Below are positions 50,367-63,388 of a stretch of 64,000 nt of DNA, piece after piece (the first letter of the stretch is position 1; the number at the start of each line of letters is the position of its first letter). The translations under genes and the position numbers were made by a program. The DNA lies in NCBI GenBank assembly GCA_032718475.1, contig JAUCBJ010003987.1, positions 1 through 64,000 on the forward strand. The letters run 5' to 3'. The DNA comes from Nemertoderma westbladi (Eukaryota > Animalia > Xenacoelomorpha). Under the pieces are notes generated by a model. It searched no databases. It had not been told where the DNA came from and saw nothing but the letters and a program-made list of their open reading frames with translations.

Positions 50367-51718
50367 AATAGTTATTATTCCAATTATTAATAAATATTTA
50401 AATATTTTCCATTACTTTTCTTATATAATATTACAAAGTCAAATAGTAAGGACAAAAATTAAGTAATAACATGAAATTAATCAAATACAAGTGGAATTAA
50501 GACAAATGAACGAATATATATCTTTACACATTAAATTAATCTAAACTTATTGTCAATATAAATAAACTATAATAAACTCATAAATTACTATTATTACATC
50601 AAGCCGCCAAATGTTATTTAGTTTGAATGTCTTGCACCAACATGTTTACCAACAATTTTACAAAAACTGATCTTTTCGCGATCATGAACTCGATCATTTG
50701 AATGGGCTTCTCCAACCAAGATAAATTTATAATTTTAAATATTAATTTATAATTAATTTATAGATAATATATATATATACAATATAAATTTATTTAAATA
50801 AATAAATAAACAAAGATAAATTTGGGCACTGTAACCTAATCTGAACATAGAGTTCGTGTAATTTTACGGGGTGTGAAATTAAACTCTTTATAATGGATAG
50901 AATACATTCAAACAATTGGCAGTCTTCAAAAGTGACCTACGGACTCTGTAAGTTGTCAATTTGACAAAATCACCAATTGTACATTACATGTTATCTCTGA
51001 AACACGAATATTGCCCACCAAGGACAATTGCCACCAAAACAATTTTTAACCTCGTTCCTCTTAGTTGTATTTCAATGTGGAATTGATAATAATTATTCGT
51101 ACTTGTAATTTACATAATTACTCATAATTTTACACATTCAACTAAAAATAAATCCCATCAATTACTGGCATAAAATCTTGTACAATATTTATTACTTCCA
51201 AAATTACTCAATGTAAACAAACGGGTTAGCAAAATAGAACACTTGAAGCAATGAACTTAACTTGCCAATAAATTGGTTCCATTTTCTTAAAAGATCTAAG
51301 TTTCATTTTATTTTGAGAGAATTGGAAAGCGTCCTTCACCCCTGGTAAAATAATTCCATTCAGTGTAATTATGTCCAATGCTTCCCTCCATATAGACCCC
51401 AACCCAAAACCTATAACACTTTGATAGTTTGATAGTATTTGTGATAAAAACAAGGTTGATTTTCCTTTGTGAAACTATAGCAGAAAGATGGAGATGTTAT
51501 AATGATGGGCAAAGGATGATTATCTCGTCAGCATATGCCAGAGCTCCAAGGAATATTTTTAACACATCATACATAAACCCTAAATCACAAATCATGCAAT
51601 ATGTGTAATGTTGAATCCAAGAGGAAGTAAAACAGAATAGTATAGTTATACAATTGGAAGACTAATGAGATGCTTCAAATATATAATAGAATCTGGGTCT
51701 ATGAGAGAGATAACATAA

Positions 51719-52954
51719 TTAAATACTAATTTTCATTTCAATTTTTTCAGCAGGACCTACAGCAGTGAACTCCTGCCACCAAGGCCCATGAAAATTGACG
51801 AAGTCGTTATAAATTCCATTCAAATTTGCGTGCGAACATTTCTTATACCACCAAGCGCCACTGAAATGCTTGGCGCAGTTCAAATAGTATTTATCGTTGT
51901 CTTTATCCTTTGTGGTGAAGGGCTGACCATCTAACCAATTATCACCAGTTGGATCACCAGGTAGCAATGCGTCCCCTGCAGTCCCTTGGTATCCTGAGAC
52001 GCCCAAAATATAATTTGTGCTTTCCGAACCAACTTTGAATGAAGAATATTCCGCGAATCTGTATTCCCCCTTATACCAGATATCCACTCTCAGTTTAACC
52101 CCTCCAGCAGTAAGATTGTGTATGGTATCCAACCCTAACCAAAATTCGTTGCTAACATCACCGAATCCAGACTTATAATACGCCCACTCCCGAAAGAAGT
52201 TAACAGCTCCATTAATTCTCCTTTGAATCACCAACCATGGGCCACCTGGGAACGTTGTGTCACATCTGATTAACCCATTTAGACCTTGTTGACTATTATA
52301 GATGCTAACTGAGTTATTCAGTTGATAATTTTGGCAAAGATGATTTGAAAGAAGATATCCTAAAGCAACCAGTATTGAATTCTTTTGCTGAAGAATTCTC
52401 TCAGTAATTGTGTTGCTTTGATTATTTAGCTGACCAGAAAACTTATCAACTTTTTCCACAACACTTTTATTTAATTCCTTAAGTTGTTCATTTTGAATAT
52501 CAGAGAATAATTTACTTTGCTCACCAATGGTACCATTGAATATCGCAATTTGTTCTTGAAGTTTATCAGAATGTATTTCCATTTCCCCATTTAACTTTGC
52601 CTTTAGCTCTTTTGTTTTATCATTTAGTTCAGCTAAATAATTCTTTATATCTTTATTTATATCACTTTCCAAACTGATCACTTCTATATCACTTTGATAA
52701 CTACCAGATACCATAGCATTAGCAATGGCGATTTCACCGACCAACACAATTAGTAAACCAGTAAATATAACAGCCATCACCGTCCACAAACACTTGTAAT
52801 TATTTAGCTTATTTCTTGTATATCTAGATGCATATTGATTGTCTTGGATTTTATCTGGAATAACTATGTATAGAGGATTATTATAATCTGAATTATCTTC
52901 TTGAAAGTCAATGACACCGCTCTCAGCTGTTATTGGACTCATATCAGTTTCCAT
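51719..52954 (-). CDS. Type-II transmembrane FReD receptor, copy 3 (411 aa), intronless
   Basis: Same architecture as copies 1 and 2; TM CLWTVMAVIFTGLLIVLVG; complete FReD. Confidence 0.93.
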   Translation of the reverse strand: METDMSPITAESGVIDFQEDNSDYNNPLYIVIPDKIQDNQYASRYTRNKLNNYKCLWTVMAVIFTGLLIVLVGEIAIANAMVSGSYQSDIEVISLESDINKDIKNYLAELNDKTKELKAKLNGEMEIHSDKLQEQIAIFNGTIGEQSKLFSDIQNEQLKELNKSVVEKVDKFSGQLNNQSNTITERILQQKNSILVALGYLLSNHLCQNYQLNNSVSIYNSQQGLNGLIRCDTTFPGGPWLVIQRRINGAVNFFREWAYYKSGFGDVSNEFWLGLDTIHNLTAGGVKLRVDIWYKGEYRFAEYSSFKVGSESTNYILGVSGYQGTAGDALLPGDPTGDNWLDGQPFTTKDKDNDKYYLNCAKHFSGAWWYKKCSHANLNGIYNDFVNFHGPWWQEFTAVGPAEKIEMKISI

Positions 52955-53024
52955 AGTATAATATTGCTAAGCATTCAACAATGTATTTTCATTCATGAAA
53001 CTGCACGTTAAACCCAATATTATT

Positions 53025-53262
53025 ATAATAATTAATAATTTTTAATAATTACAAATTAAATAATAATTAATAATTAAATAATAATTAATAATTAAATAAT
53101 AATTAATAATTAAATAATAATTAATAATTAAATAATAATTAATAATTAAATAATAATTAATAATTAAATAATAATTAATAATTAAATAATAATTAATAAT
53201 TAAATACTAATTAATAATTAAATAATAATTAATAATTAAATATTATAATTAATAATAATAAT
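53025..53262. repeat. Almost pure A/T 18-bp tandem repeat (ATAATTAATAATTAAATA)
   Basis: Lies ~70-300 bp upstream of the FReD copy 3 ATG. Confidence 0.9.
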
Positions 53263-54529
53263 TTTAGATACTTTATATTACTTTGTATTACTATATTTTT
53301 AATGATAAGTATAAAATGCATGGGTAGTGAGAATTTCACAAACTCTAGCTAACAATACCCACTTAGTGGGTTTAGCTGATCTACTGTCAGTGGAAGATCT
53401 AATGTGCGGAGTCTTTAACACAATAAAAAGTGACGATTGGCAAAAATGATACTGCTAACCCCATTGAAGCGGGATCTGTTGTCTTAATAAATGGGCATTA
53501 GAATACCTGTCAACCCATCAGCCTTTCCACAGGGGCAACTGATGGAGAAGGAACATACATTGAATGAGGAGTCAATCAAATTTATTGAGTAGATGAGACG
53601 AGATGAGATGGAGCCTGGTGTAATGCAAGGCAATCGAACCTTGTTGTTGGGAGACCGGATGGAGCCCCTTATTGAGGGCCGCAGTCCAGACCAGACTCCT
53701 CACGAATTCCATGCACACACAATCCACCACTAGCATACACCCGCTGTCATGGATTGAGTTGAATAGAAATCCTCTGACTAGAAAGTGAAATTAAAGGGAT
53801 AACTAACTTAGAGCAATCCACTCCAACAACGCCAAGATGGGTGGAGTAACGGACTATCAACCAAGATGAAACAATGAGAGCTGATGACTGCGACTCGATC
53901 AAGATAAACTTTCAAAACATTATTGACGAGTTATTTGGGAAGTTTTATTATTATACTAGGATACTACAGTGAACTGTTAGTTGTTTAACCTGTTGAAGAA
54001 AAAATTTACCAACAATAAGAAATTTGCCATAAACATTTTATTGGATTAATGGAGGTGACTTGGAATGGAACAGAAGGCCAGTTAGAAAGTAAATCTTATT
54101 GTATTTCTGGAAAAAAAACATTGAATTATGTTGTATATACGTTTAAGTGCAAGAAAAAGAGGAAATAATGTATTATACTGTATATATAGAAAATATGTAA
54201 CTTATATATGAAGTTTGAATAGGTTATTGATTAGAAGATGAGATTATGAAACTATGCAAATATGCATTACTTTCATTTTAAGTACAAACATATAAATTAA
54301 TAAACAGTCATGTGCAGTTATCTTATCAAAATCACAATGAACTATGTCCATTATACGTTTCAGTTAAATTTATTTATTTTATTGGTATATAATTATTGCT
54401 TATGTATTATAACATAGGAAATTGATTGATGCTTGTAACAAACTCAGCAGAAAGAAATTCAGCCAATTATGCATCAATCGCTGGATTAGGAATTATTTTT
54501 AAATTTTATAAAAATTTTTGTTTTATGAA

Positions 54530-54950
54530 GTTTTATGAAAATCTGCCTGGAATTATAAAGGACATTCTGAAACACAATGTCAGTGTCATTGCAGGTGATG
54601 CGAATGCCTAAATGGGCCCAAAGGACATCAAGGGTTGCATCTATAATACCAGTTCGAACAGAAATGGGGGCTTAATCGTATACCTATGGAAGAACGTGAA
54701 TTGATACCAATAAAAATCACATTTATAAAGTGTAAGTTGAAGCTTTCAATTCCCAAACGAAACCAAAGTGCGGGTGGACTTATCTGTGTCAAAAAAAGTG
54801 GAGGAAGAACATACTTAACTGCGAGGCATACTTGTCGTTCAACCTAATTGGCTTGTACTATAAAATCAAGACGGTGGTGGTACGAAACAGTTTGAGGGAC
54901 AGCAAAAACAGCTCAAGCAAGCGAATCAACTATGACTGTGATAAACTTAG
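54530..54950 (+). mobile_element. Degenerate APE endonuclease of an RTE-type element
   Basis: FYENL...KHNVSVIAGDANA, NRNG motifs with stops. Confidence 0.6.
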
Positions 54951-55399
54951 ATCAGGGGTCGCATTCACCAAGCTCCCTAAATTAGACCGAACATATATAC
55001 CCAGTTGAAACTAATACGATTGAAACACAATCTAAACTGTATTTACCAAGATTATAATTACCTAATTAGTTCGTAAATTAGTACAAACTAGTTTACCTAA
55101 TACTAGTAGGTAAATTAGATTGAACTCTACCTAAAATCATTCAGCGGGGCCTTTTATCGGAGTAATGTAGCTCAGTGACGGTACCAAAGTAGGCATGGCA
55201 TGATTCATGACTAAGGTTCGCTCATGCCTTAGGTTTAAGGTACATTGTGAATTACCGATGTTTCTCTTTGGAAGTTTTTAAACATTGATGAAAAGTTTAA
55301 CACTACTATAGAAATATTCTATGCATAACTAGTAATGTATTGGGTCTATGTAAATGCTACGCCTACACCTACGTCTACACCTACATATCTGTTCGGCTG

Positions 55400-57325
55400 A
55401 CATGAACCACAGCACAAGTAGTAACACACAAACGGACACAATTAGAATGGAAGTTCTAAAATTGAGTCAACAGGAGAGCATTCCTACAGTGTCACCAGAC
55501 GTAATTAAACCAGCGGTGAGGCACTTGGCCAGGCGAAAGTCTCCAGATATAAACTCTCTGACGGTTGAACACCTGCTCCATACTGATCCAGACAAAACAA
55601 CACTTCTACTAAGTAATATACTCAACTGTTGCTTCCGGCTTGGTAAGGTTCCAACGACATTTGGAAAGACAACCACAACGTACATCTACAAGGGCAACAA
55701 GAGGAATACATTACAACCGAACTCGAATCGACCAATTTCCATTGTCAGCCTACTCGCAAAGGTATATGAGTACACTGTACTGAATAATTTCCTCACAGAG
55801 GTCAACACACAGGGACTCACAAGTAACTACCAATGTGGATACAAAAAAAAAGGCTGGGACTGACATGGTGATTGCTTGTATACTGGAATGTATGGAATAT
55901 TTCAATCAGGGTGGATCACCGCTTTACATTTGCAAACTCGATATATCATCTGCATTTGACGAAGTAAACCACAACATTTTATTCAATAAATTGAAAGGCA
56001 AAATTAACTCTCACATAATTCTAACCCTCATTGATTACTACTCTGTCTCCATGATATACCTCAAGTTTAACGGAATCATTTATGACGGTCCAATTGAAAT
56101 TTATAAGGGGGTGAAACAGGGATCACTATTATCACCAACACTTTTTAATATCTACACCTGCAATATTCTCACGAAATTAGAGGAGTCTGGACTAGGTTGT
56201 TGGATTACATCCACATGGTTAGGAGCACTATGTTACGCTGATGACATAATTTTGTTGACTACCACTCAATCAGACATGGAGTCAATGGTTAGCATCGCGA
56301 TATCGGAAGCAAACACCTTAAACTTGAAAATTGAACCCTCTAAATCCAACTGGATGCGCACATCATAAAAATCTCCCACAACTTTCATCAAAATTAATGG
56401 TGTACTGGTCCCTGAGTCAGACTCAATTAAATTTTTGGGTGTGGAAATAACCAAAAACAAGTTCAATAATCTCTCAAGCAAATGCATCAGGGTGATATCC
56501 GCGATAGCTGGAGCTTTCCATAAAAATGGATGGTCAGTACGAAACCTGGACATCGACACCGTGGCTTACCTCTGGAGAATGGTCGCCATACCTGCCATCC
56601 TATATGGTCTTAAGTTCTACATAGGAGGGATGTCAGACACACAAATACATCATCTGGAGGTGCATTACCGCAAACAACTTCGGGGACTACTATCCCTGGG
56701 GACGTACGTAAACAACACAACCATTTACAACCTATTTAACTCCAACTCACTTTCTAACCTGGCCCTAACTCATGCCATAGGGACTTTAATCAACATTATA
56801 TAAATGTCCCATTCCACCGGTTCAAACCACCTTACTTATCAACATGCAACTGAATAAACGACGGAGATATAAAGGAGTCGGCAGTGCCTATCACCTAACC
56901 AGCAGTAGGTGTGCAATGCCGGCGCTAATTACAATGCTGACATCCAGATTTGATAAAAAAAGAATTGCATCTCGTCTTGACATGGGAAAATTAACCTGCC
57001 TGGAGACAATTAACTTGAATTTCATTAGGAACACTTATAAGATCTCAAACATCACTTTCAACCAAAAACACGACAGGATCATACAGTATTTCAGTAAACA
57101 TAATGAACTTCTGAACGAGGACCCAAATGAAACAAACTCACCGATTTTTAATACCCAATAATGTAAATATACACCTGATTTTATTATGAAATGCCCCTGT
57201 GCCTAGCACATTTTAAGATGTTGAATTGTACTTATAATATTATGGGTTTTATGTCTCAATTGTTAATATTGTAATTTGTCATTTTATATGATCTTAAAAT
57301 AAAAATATATATAACACACACACAT
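55400..57325 (+). mobile_element. 5'-truncated non-LTR retrotransposon RT, frameshifted
   Basis: RPISIVS, LDISSAFD, GVKQGSLLSP, CYADD, KFLG; AATAAA then a (CA)n tail at ~57298-57325. Confidence 0.85.
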
Positions 57326-58750
57326 ACTTCCAACCATGAATTTCAACACTGTGGCCAGTTCCCCATAAATCCATTGCGTACAGAGTCGAGAAGCCGCACA
57401 ATCTCCCAAATACAGAAGTAGCGATCACCTATTATGATCACGAATGATGTAATTTAAACAGCTATAGTGACAGACTTGACTGACGTTACTATCAGTCTAA
57501 TTTAAAAAAAAATAGCCAAATAATTAGTGTCACAAACATTGAAATCACAATTCGGTGTTTATGCGTACAATATATAAAAAAAATAATTGGTTCACGTTAT
57601 TCTACAGTAAAAAATTATCCTAGAGAGAAATTTTCAAGTCTATAACTCAAATAGCAGCTGAGAAAAATGTACCGAAATAATTTGAAAAACACATTTCGAG
57701 TAAAATGGGTTTAAAGTTTGCCTTTGTTTTTTTTGGTTTTTCAATGTTAATGACGGGTTTTTGTTCCAGAATCCAAAATTAATGTTGATGAAAAAGAACA
57801 GCTGTGCTTACAATTGGTCTTAAGGCGTAACATTTTGTGCTGATTCCTAATATAATAATGAAAATCGTATATTTCCAATACATTTCAAATATATAGTGAT
57901 TTATTGATTATTTTTATTGGCAAATGTTGTAAATCGTCATACAAATATTGTACAGATAAATAATATTATAAGTGGCTGAATAAAATTAAGGGGTAAAATT
58001 GGTTATATGTGGTAAAATTTTATGTTGATTCCGAATATTACAATGAAAATATAAAACCAATCAATCAATCAATGTATTTTAAATAAAACCACCCTGCAAA
58101 CCACCAACGTTAATCTAACGTTGGGTTTATGTTAGACATTCGTTAAAAAATGACAGTTAGAATTTAACCATAAACCTACGTTAAAATACGTTAGAATTCT
58201 GTCAATTTTTAACGTTAATTTTTTACAGTAATTATACGTCAAAAATAGACAATTATCTGACAATACCATATTTTTTAACGTTACTTTAGATCGTTAATTT
58301 TTGACAGTAATTATACGTTAATAATCAACAGAGATCTGACATTTCCAAATTTTTTAACGTTGATTTAACGTTAATTTTTAACGTTCATTATTAACGTTAA
58401 TTTAGCATTAAAATACATCAGATTTTAACGATGATTAGTGAATCACTTAACTATCAATGGATAACATATCTATGTCTAGCTGACCATCCGCTGACTTTGT
58501 TCATTTCTTATTTTGTTAAATTTTTATGATACTTGTGTAATTTTTTAAATATTATTTTTAAATATTTGCCTTACTAGTCAGCATCTGTGTACCAGTACCA
58601 AGCGTACAGTATAAAAGTACAGTAAGTAAGCGTACAGTAGAAAAAGGGTGGAAAGAAGGATCTAGAAGATGCTAGTGGGGCTGCAGCCGATAGCGAAGAT
58701 GAATGAATATTATATATCGATAAAAACTTGGCCCTAATTACGTTACGGAT

Positions 58751-58980
58751 AACTTTATGAAACTGGATGTACGTTTCGGTTAACTTTATGAAACTGGATG
58801 TACGTTTCGGTTAACTTTATGAAACTGGATGTACGTTACGGTTAACTTTATGAAACTGGATGTACGTTTCGGTTAACTTTATGAAACTGGATGTACGTTT
58901 CGGTTAACTTTATGAAACTGGATGTACGTTTCGGTTAACTTTATGAAACTGGATGTACGTTTCGGTTAACTTTATGAAAC
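58751..58980. repeat. 31-bp tandem repeat x~7.5
   Basis: Unit AACTTTATGAAACTGGATGTACGTTTCGGTT. Confidence 0.95.
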
Positions 58981-59492
58981 GGATGAGTCCGGTAGCAACC
59001 TACGGGTCTCTGAACTATAGATCTAAGCCTCCCATTGATAAATAAAAATTCCACAAATTTCTAATTCCGAATTCCAAAAATTCCACATTTCTAAAGCCTA
59101 CTTTATAGTGTTATAGAAATTAAATTCAGAATTTCATACAAGAAAAAATCATACATAATTATTGATTTTTTCATTGATCAATTACACGAGATTATGAATT
59201 TAAGCTTATGGTTTTAACACTTGAATTTGTTCAAAATTACATTTCACTGTATGTAACTGGCAATTTGAAAATCTATCGTAATGTGATAATAACGTGTATT
59301 ATTAATATTATATCTAATACATAATTAAAATATATACATAATTATTATATGTAATATTGATTAATCATAAGTAATGTGTTAATTGTGAGTTAATACAATA
59401 TAATTTTGTCAATATTAAGTGGCAAAGTTGTCTTCGGCCGTTAGGCCAGGGAAAACATTACGCACAAAGTCTGACGACTTGTTTCCAGATAA

Positions 59493-60008
59493 GGGGGCGT
59501 TCATAAAGTATGTCACTCACTAGGGGAGGGGGGGGGGGGGGTCGAGCTTTCGTGACATTTTGTGACAGGTGGTAGGGGGGTGTCGACCTTTGTGACGGTC
59601 ACGGCGATGCTCTACGGTATGCTTTAATGTTAGCTTGACTTTGACTAACACATTTGTAGATGAGTGGGAAACTTTAAGGAAAAAACAATAAACTCAATAA
59701 CATTGAATTTAATCCCTAACATTAACAGGGCACCCCTGTCTAGTCTGCCTTGTACATGTACAGTATTGTAGTTTGAAGCTGCTAAAGTATGTATAGGCTT
59801 TTAGTAAGAACTACTTCAGTCAAAATGTTTCACTTTCTATTGTGCTTTCTAACTGTTATTAAATTACTGAAATAAAATATTTTTCGTCTAGGGGGGGGGG
59901 GGGGGGGGGGGGGGTTATAAATTTACGAAAATAGGTTTTTTGTGACAGAAGGGGGGGGGGGGGTCAAAAAAATGGAAAATTTGCGTGACATACTTTATGA
60001 ACGCCACC
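59493..60008. mobile_element. PIF/Harbinger-type MITE
   Basis: 24-bp TIR GGGGGCGTTCATAAAGTATGTCAC (one mismatch) with TAA on both flanks. Confidence 0.85.
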
Positions 60009-60109
60009 TAATTCCACCATATTTTTATTCACCAGAGGATACTCCAGTACCCATTAAAGGACGCCCTTGAGAAATGCGCCCTAGCTCGTCCCTTTAAAGC
60101 GTTCGTCCT

Positions 60110-60200
60110 GAAACGAAAACTCTCCCGACCCCTTTGCGGGGATCGAACCCATGACCTCTGGAGAGATGTTAATTAAAGGCAACGGATTAACACTACACAA
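60110..60200 (-). mobile_element. tRNA-derived SINE head fragment
   Basis: Minus strand CCAGAGGTCATGGGTTCGATCCCC (B-box/T-arm); no full cloverleaf. Confidence 0.5.
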
Positions 60201-60887
60201 ACTACAAGGGCGGGAAGAACATAAAAAATGTTAGATTTTTGCTTGATCAAATGTGGCGTCGAATGCTGGACATTGACATTGACATATAGATTATCTATCA
60301 TTACTAATATCAATATTAATCATAACAACACATTTTGATGCTAACAAATACAATAGTATTTGTAATTTCTCTGAATGCTATTTTTAATGCAACCACGGCG
60401 ACAATAAACCGAGAGGATCATAGATTCGAGCTGAGTTTCAGCAGAGTAAGTGCAATACAAAAGACCGCAACTATTTAAATTTATGCAAAAAAACCGTAAG
60501 TCAACAAGACTTGCGGTTTTTTGTCATCAGAATTTAATGAGGATTTCACATCTGGAAATGGTTTGGCGAGATCTGTTGTATGCATTTTCAATAATTACCA
60601 GAAGTAGCTCCGATGAGAGAAAGCTTGTAATTAAACTGATTGTTATTAATTCCATTAGTCACCTGAGGTCAACCCACCCTAACCTAACTGTTTAATATGA
60701 GAATGCCTTCTTAGGTTGTTTCGAGTTATCACTGTCTACCGGTCTGACCGTCAAGATGTAAATTTAGACAGAGCCAGATAAGATAATAGCAATTGTCTGG
60801 AATATGTGATTATTTGACGTTAATTAACGTTAAGGTAATTAAGCGTTAATTATTATAATTATGTTTTTATCACTGTCAGTTGTTTGT

Positions 60888-61232
60888 ATTTTTTACGTTA
60901 AATACAATATATTTTGACGATCCAAACTGATTGTCAGTAATATGTCATTTTTTAACGTTAACATACAATATATTTTGACGATCCAAACTGATTGTCAGTA
61001 ATATGTCATTTTTTAACGTTAAACATACAATATATTTGACGATCCAAACTGATTGTCAGTAATATGTCATTTTTTAACGTTAAACATACAATATATTTTG
61101 ACGATCCAAACTGATTGTCAGTAATATGTCATTTTTTAACGTTAAACATACAATATATTTTGACGATCCAAACTGATTGTCAGTAATATGTCATTTTTTA
61201 ACGTTAAACATACAATATATTTTGACGATCAA
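60888..61232. repeat. ~62-bp tandem repeat x~5.5 within the EnSpm-like subterminal region
   Basis: Unit TTTTTAACGTTAAACATACAATATATTTTGACGATCCAAACTGATTGTCAGTAATATGTCAT. Confidence 0.92.
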
Positions 61233-61597
61233 AATACCTACCGTTTAAAATTAACGTTAATTTGCGTTAATTTTTAACGTTAAAAGGGCGGCCAAACTAA
61301 CGTTATTTATATGTATTATTAACGTTAATAATTAACGTTGGCATTGTCAGAAAATAACGTATATTAATGCATTATTAACGTTAAATTGTTTGCAGGGCAA
61401 TACCTGCTATAATTCTTACCAGGTTGTCATTTATATAGAGTATACTACTATTATGCAGTAAATCCGTATGCTTTTACCAATTATGATATAAAAAAATGTT
61501 GTATTTTTATTAATTAGCAGATAAATAAAAATCCCAATACTATAAAATTGCATAATATCCCCCCCCCCCCCACTCATCACAACATAGATGAAACTTT

Positions 61598-63241
61598 CTA
61601 AAACTGCCCGGTGCCATATTCACTTTTATCGACTTCCTCGAACTCCCTCTTCCGTTGACACTTTCGAGCTATCTTGGCAGCATCTGAATCGGCTTTATCG
61701 GCCCTATGTATCCTCTCGTCCTTTACTCTTTAGACTATTTAGCAAAAACTGACCAGCACTAAACCCAAGTTTCTCAAAAATCTGGCATCTATTAGCAGCG
61801 CCATCATTGAATGTAATGACTAAGTCATAAGCACTAATAACATTTTCCATTATGTGTATGTAGTTAAATAACTCTGGAAGCCATGTGTTTTCTAAGTTGT
61901 AACACTGTGTACAAGTTGGGTATAGTAACCCCAATTGTCTCACACTTTCTCAAGTCACTGGCACTGTCTCCTCGAAAGTTACAATTATTTAACTGGTTCT
62001 GTGGGTAGTAACATGAAAAAACGCCGCTTATAGCCTAAAAACACACTCCCACCTAATATAATCGTATGTAGTTAAATAACTCTGGAAGCCCTGTGTTTTC
62101 TAAGTTGTAACACTGTGTACAAGTTGGGAATAGTAACCCCAATTGTCTCACACTTTCTCAAGTCACTGGCACTGTCTCCTCGAAAGTTACAATTATTTAA
62201 CTGGTTCTGTAGGTAGTAACATGAAAAAACGCCGCTTATAGCCTAAAAACACACTCCCACCTAATATAATCGTATGTAGTTAAATAACTCTGGAAGCCCT
62301 GTGTTTTCTAAGTTGTAACACTGTGTACAAGTTGGGAATAGTAACCCCAATTGTCTCACACTTTCTCAAGTCACTGGCACTGTCTCCTCGAAAGTTACAA
62401 TTATTTAACTGGTTCTGTAGGTAGTAACATGAAAAAACGCTGCTTATAGCCTAAAAACACACTCCCACCTAATATAATCGTATGTAGTTAAATAACTCTG
62501 GAAGCCCTGTGTTTTCTAAGTTGTAACACTGTGTACAAGTTGGGAACAGTAACCCCAATTGTCTCACACTTTCTCAAGTCACTGGCACTGTCTCCTCGAA
62601 AGTTACAAGTATTTAACTGGTTCTGTAGGTAGTAACATGAAATAACGCCGCTTATAGCCTAAAAACACACTCCCACCTAATATAATCGTATGTAGTTAAA
62701 TAACTCTGGAAGCCCTGTGTTTTCTAAGTTGTAACACTGTGTACAAGTTGGGAATAGTAACACCAATTGTCTCACACTTTCTCAAGTCACTGGCACTGTC
62801 TCCTCCAAAGTTACAAATATTTAAATGGTTCTGTAGGTAGTAACATGAAATAACGCCGCTTATATGCTAAAAACACACTCCCACCTAATATAATCGTATG
62901 AAGTTAAATAACTTTGTTATAACAATAACATATAACACTTTCCATCCAAAAAATACACTTTTCGAACTTCGGGACCATAGGACATTGTTGAAAGATTAAT
63001 TTACATTCGGTGTTTGACCATGTAAGCACTTCTGTAACAGATGGGCAGCTGTCAGATGTAGATAGGTTTCACAATGTCCATTATAGCAATGGGTAGACTG
63101 TTTTTTTTTATATACTTCATTTGTAATACGTGCCCGGTTGAAGGCGCAACAACTAGCTTCACCTGTTGGACACAACTCATGACACGGTGCTGCATCTGTG
63201 GAAACGTGGTGATAGAATGTGGCCCATATTGCCTTTCTCAT
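61598..63241 (-). pseudogene. Mutator-like transposase C-terminal relic, interrupted by a tandem array
   Basis: MRKAIWATFYH..STD..P.H..CP.G..SCC; LLQKCLHGQTPNVN*SFNNVLW; then, after the array, VITFNDG...LG and terminal YGTGQF*. Confidence 0.75.
61856..62915. repeat. 208-bp tandem repeat x5
   Basis: GTATGTAGTTAAATAACT recurs every 208 bp (e.g. 62064, 62272); copies are nearly identical. Confidence 0.95.
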
Positions 63242-63388
63242 ATTGACTACTGACTAGTAGTTAATACTGTATTGCAGTATGGTGTACTAAAACCTAAGTA
63301 GGCTAAAAGCACTACTGCACTACCGGTATTCATCTATCTGCTATCTGGAATGGAATGAAGTCTCAGCAGAATATGTTGGTTAGCACCA

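Larger units (their letters stand above)
58092..61397. mobile_element. Non-autonomous EnSpm/CACTA-like element (3.3 kb)
   Basis: TIR CCCTGCAAAC / GTTTGCAGGG, CA dinucleotide on both flanks (2-bp TSD), and many subterminal (TT)AACGTT(AA) palindromes at both ends. Superfamily assignment is inferred. Confidence 0.65.

Noticed and set aside
58751-58980. CRISPR-like 31-bp repeats
   Set aside because: Contiguous identical units without spacers, in a eukaryotic TE context.
60110-60200. Functional tRNA gene
   Set aside because: Only a T-arm/B-box is recognisable; no acceptor stem or complete cloverleaf.
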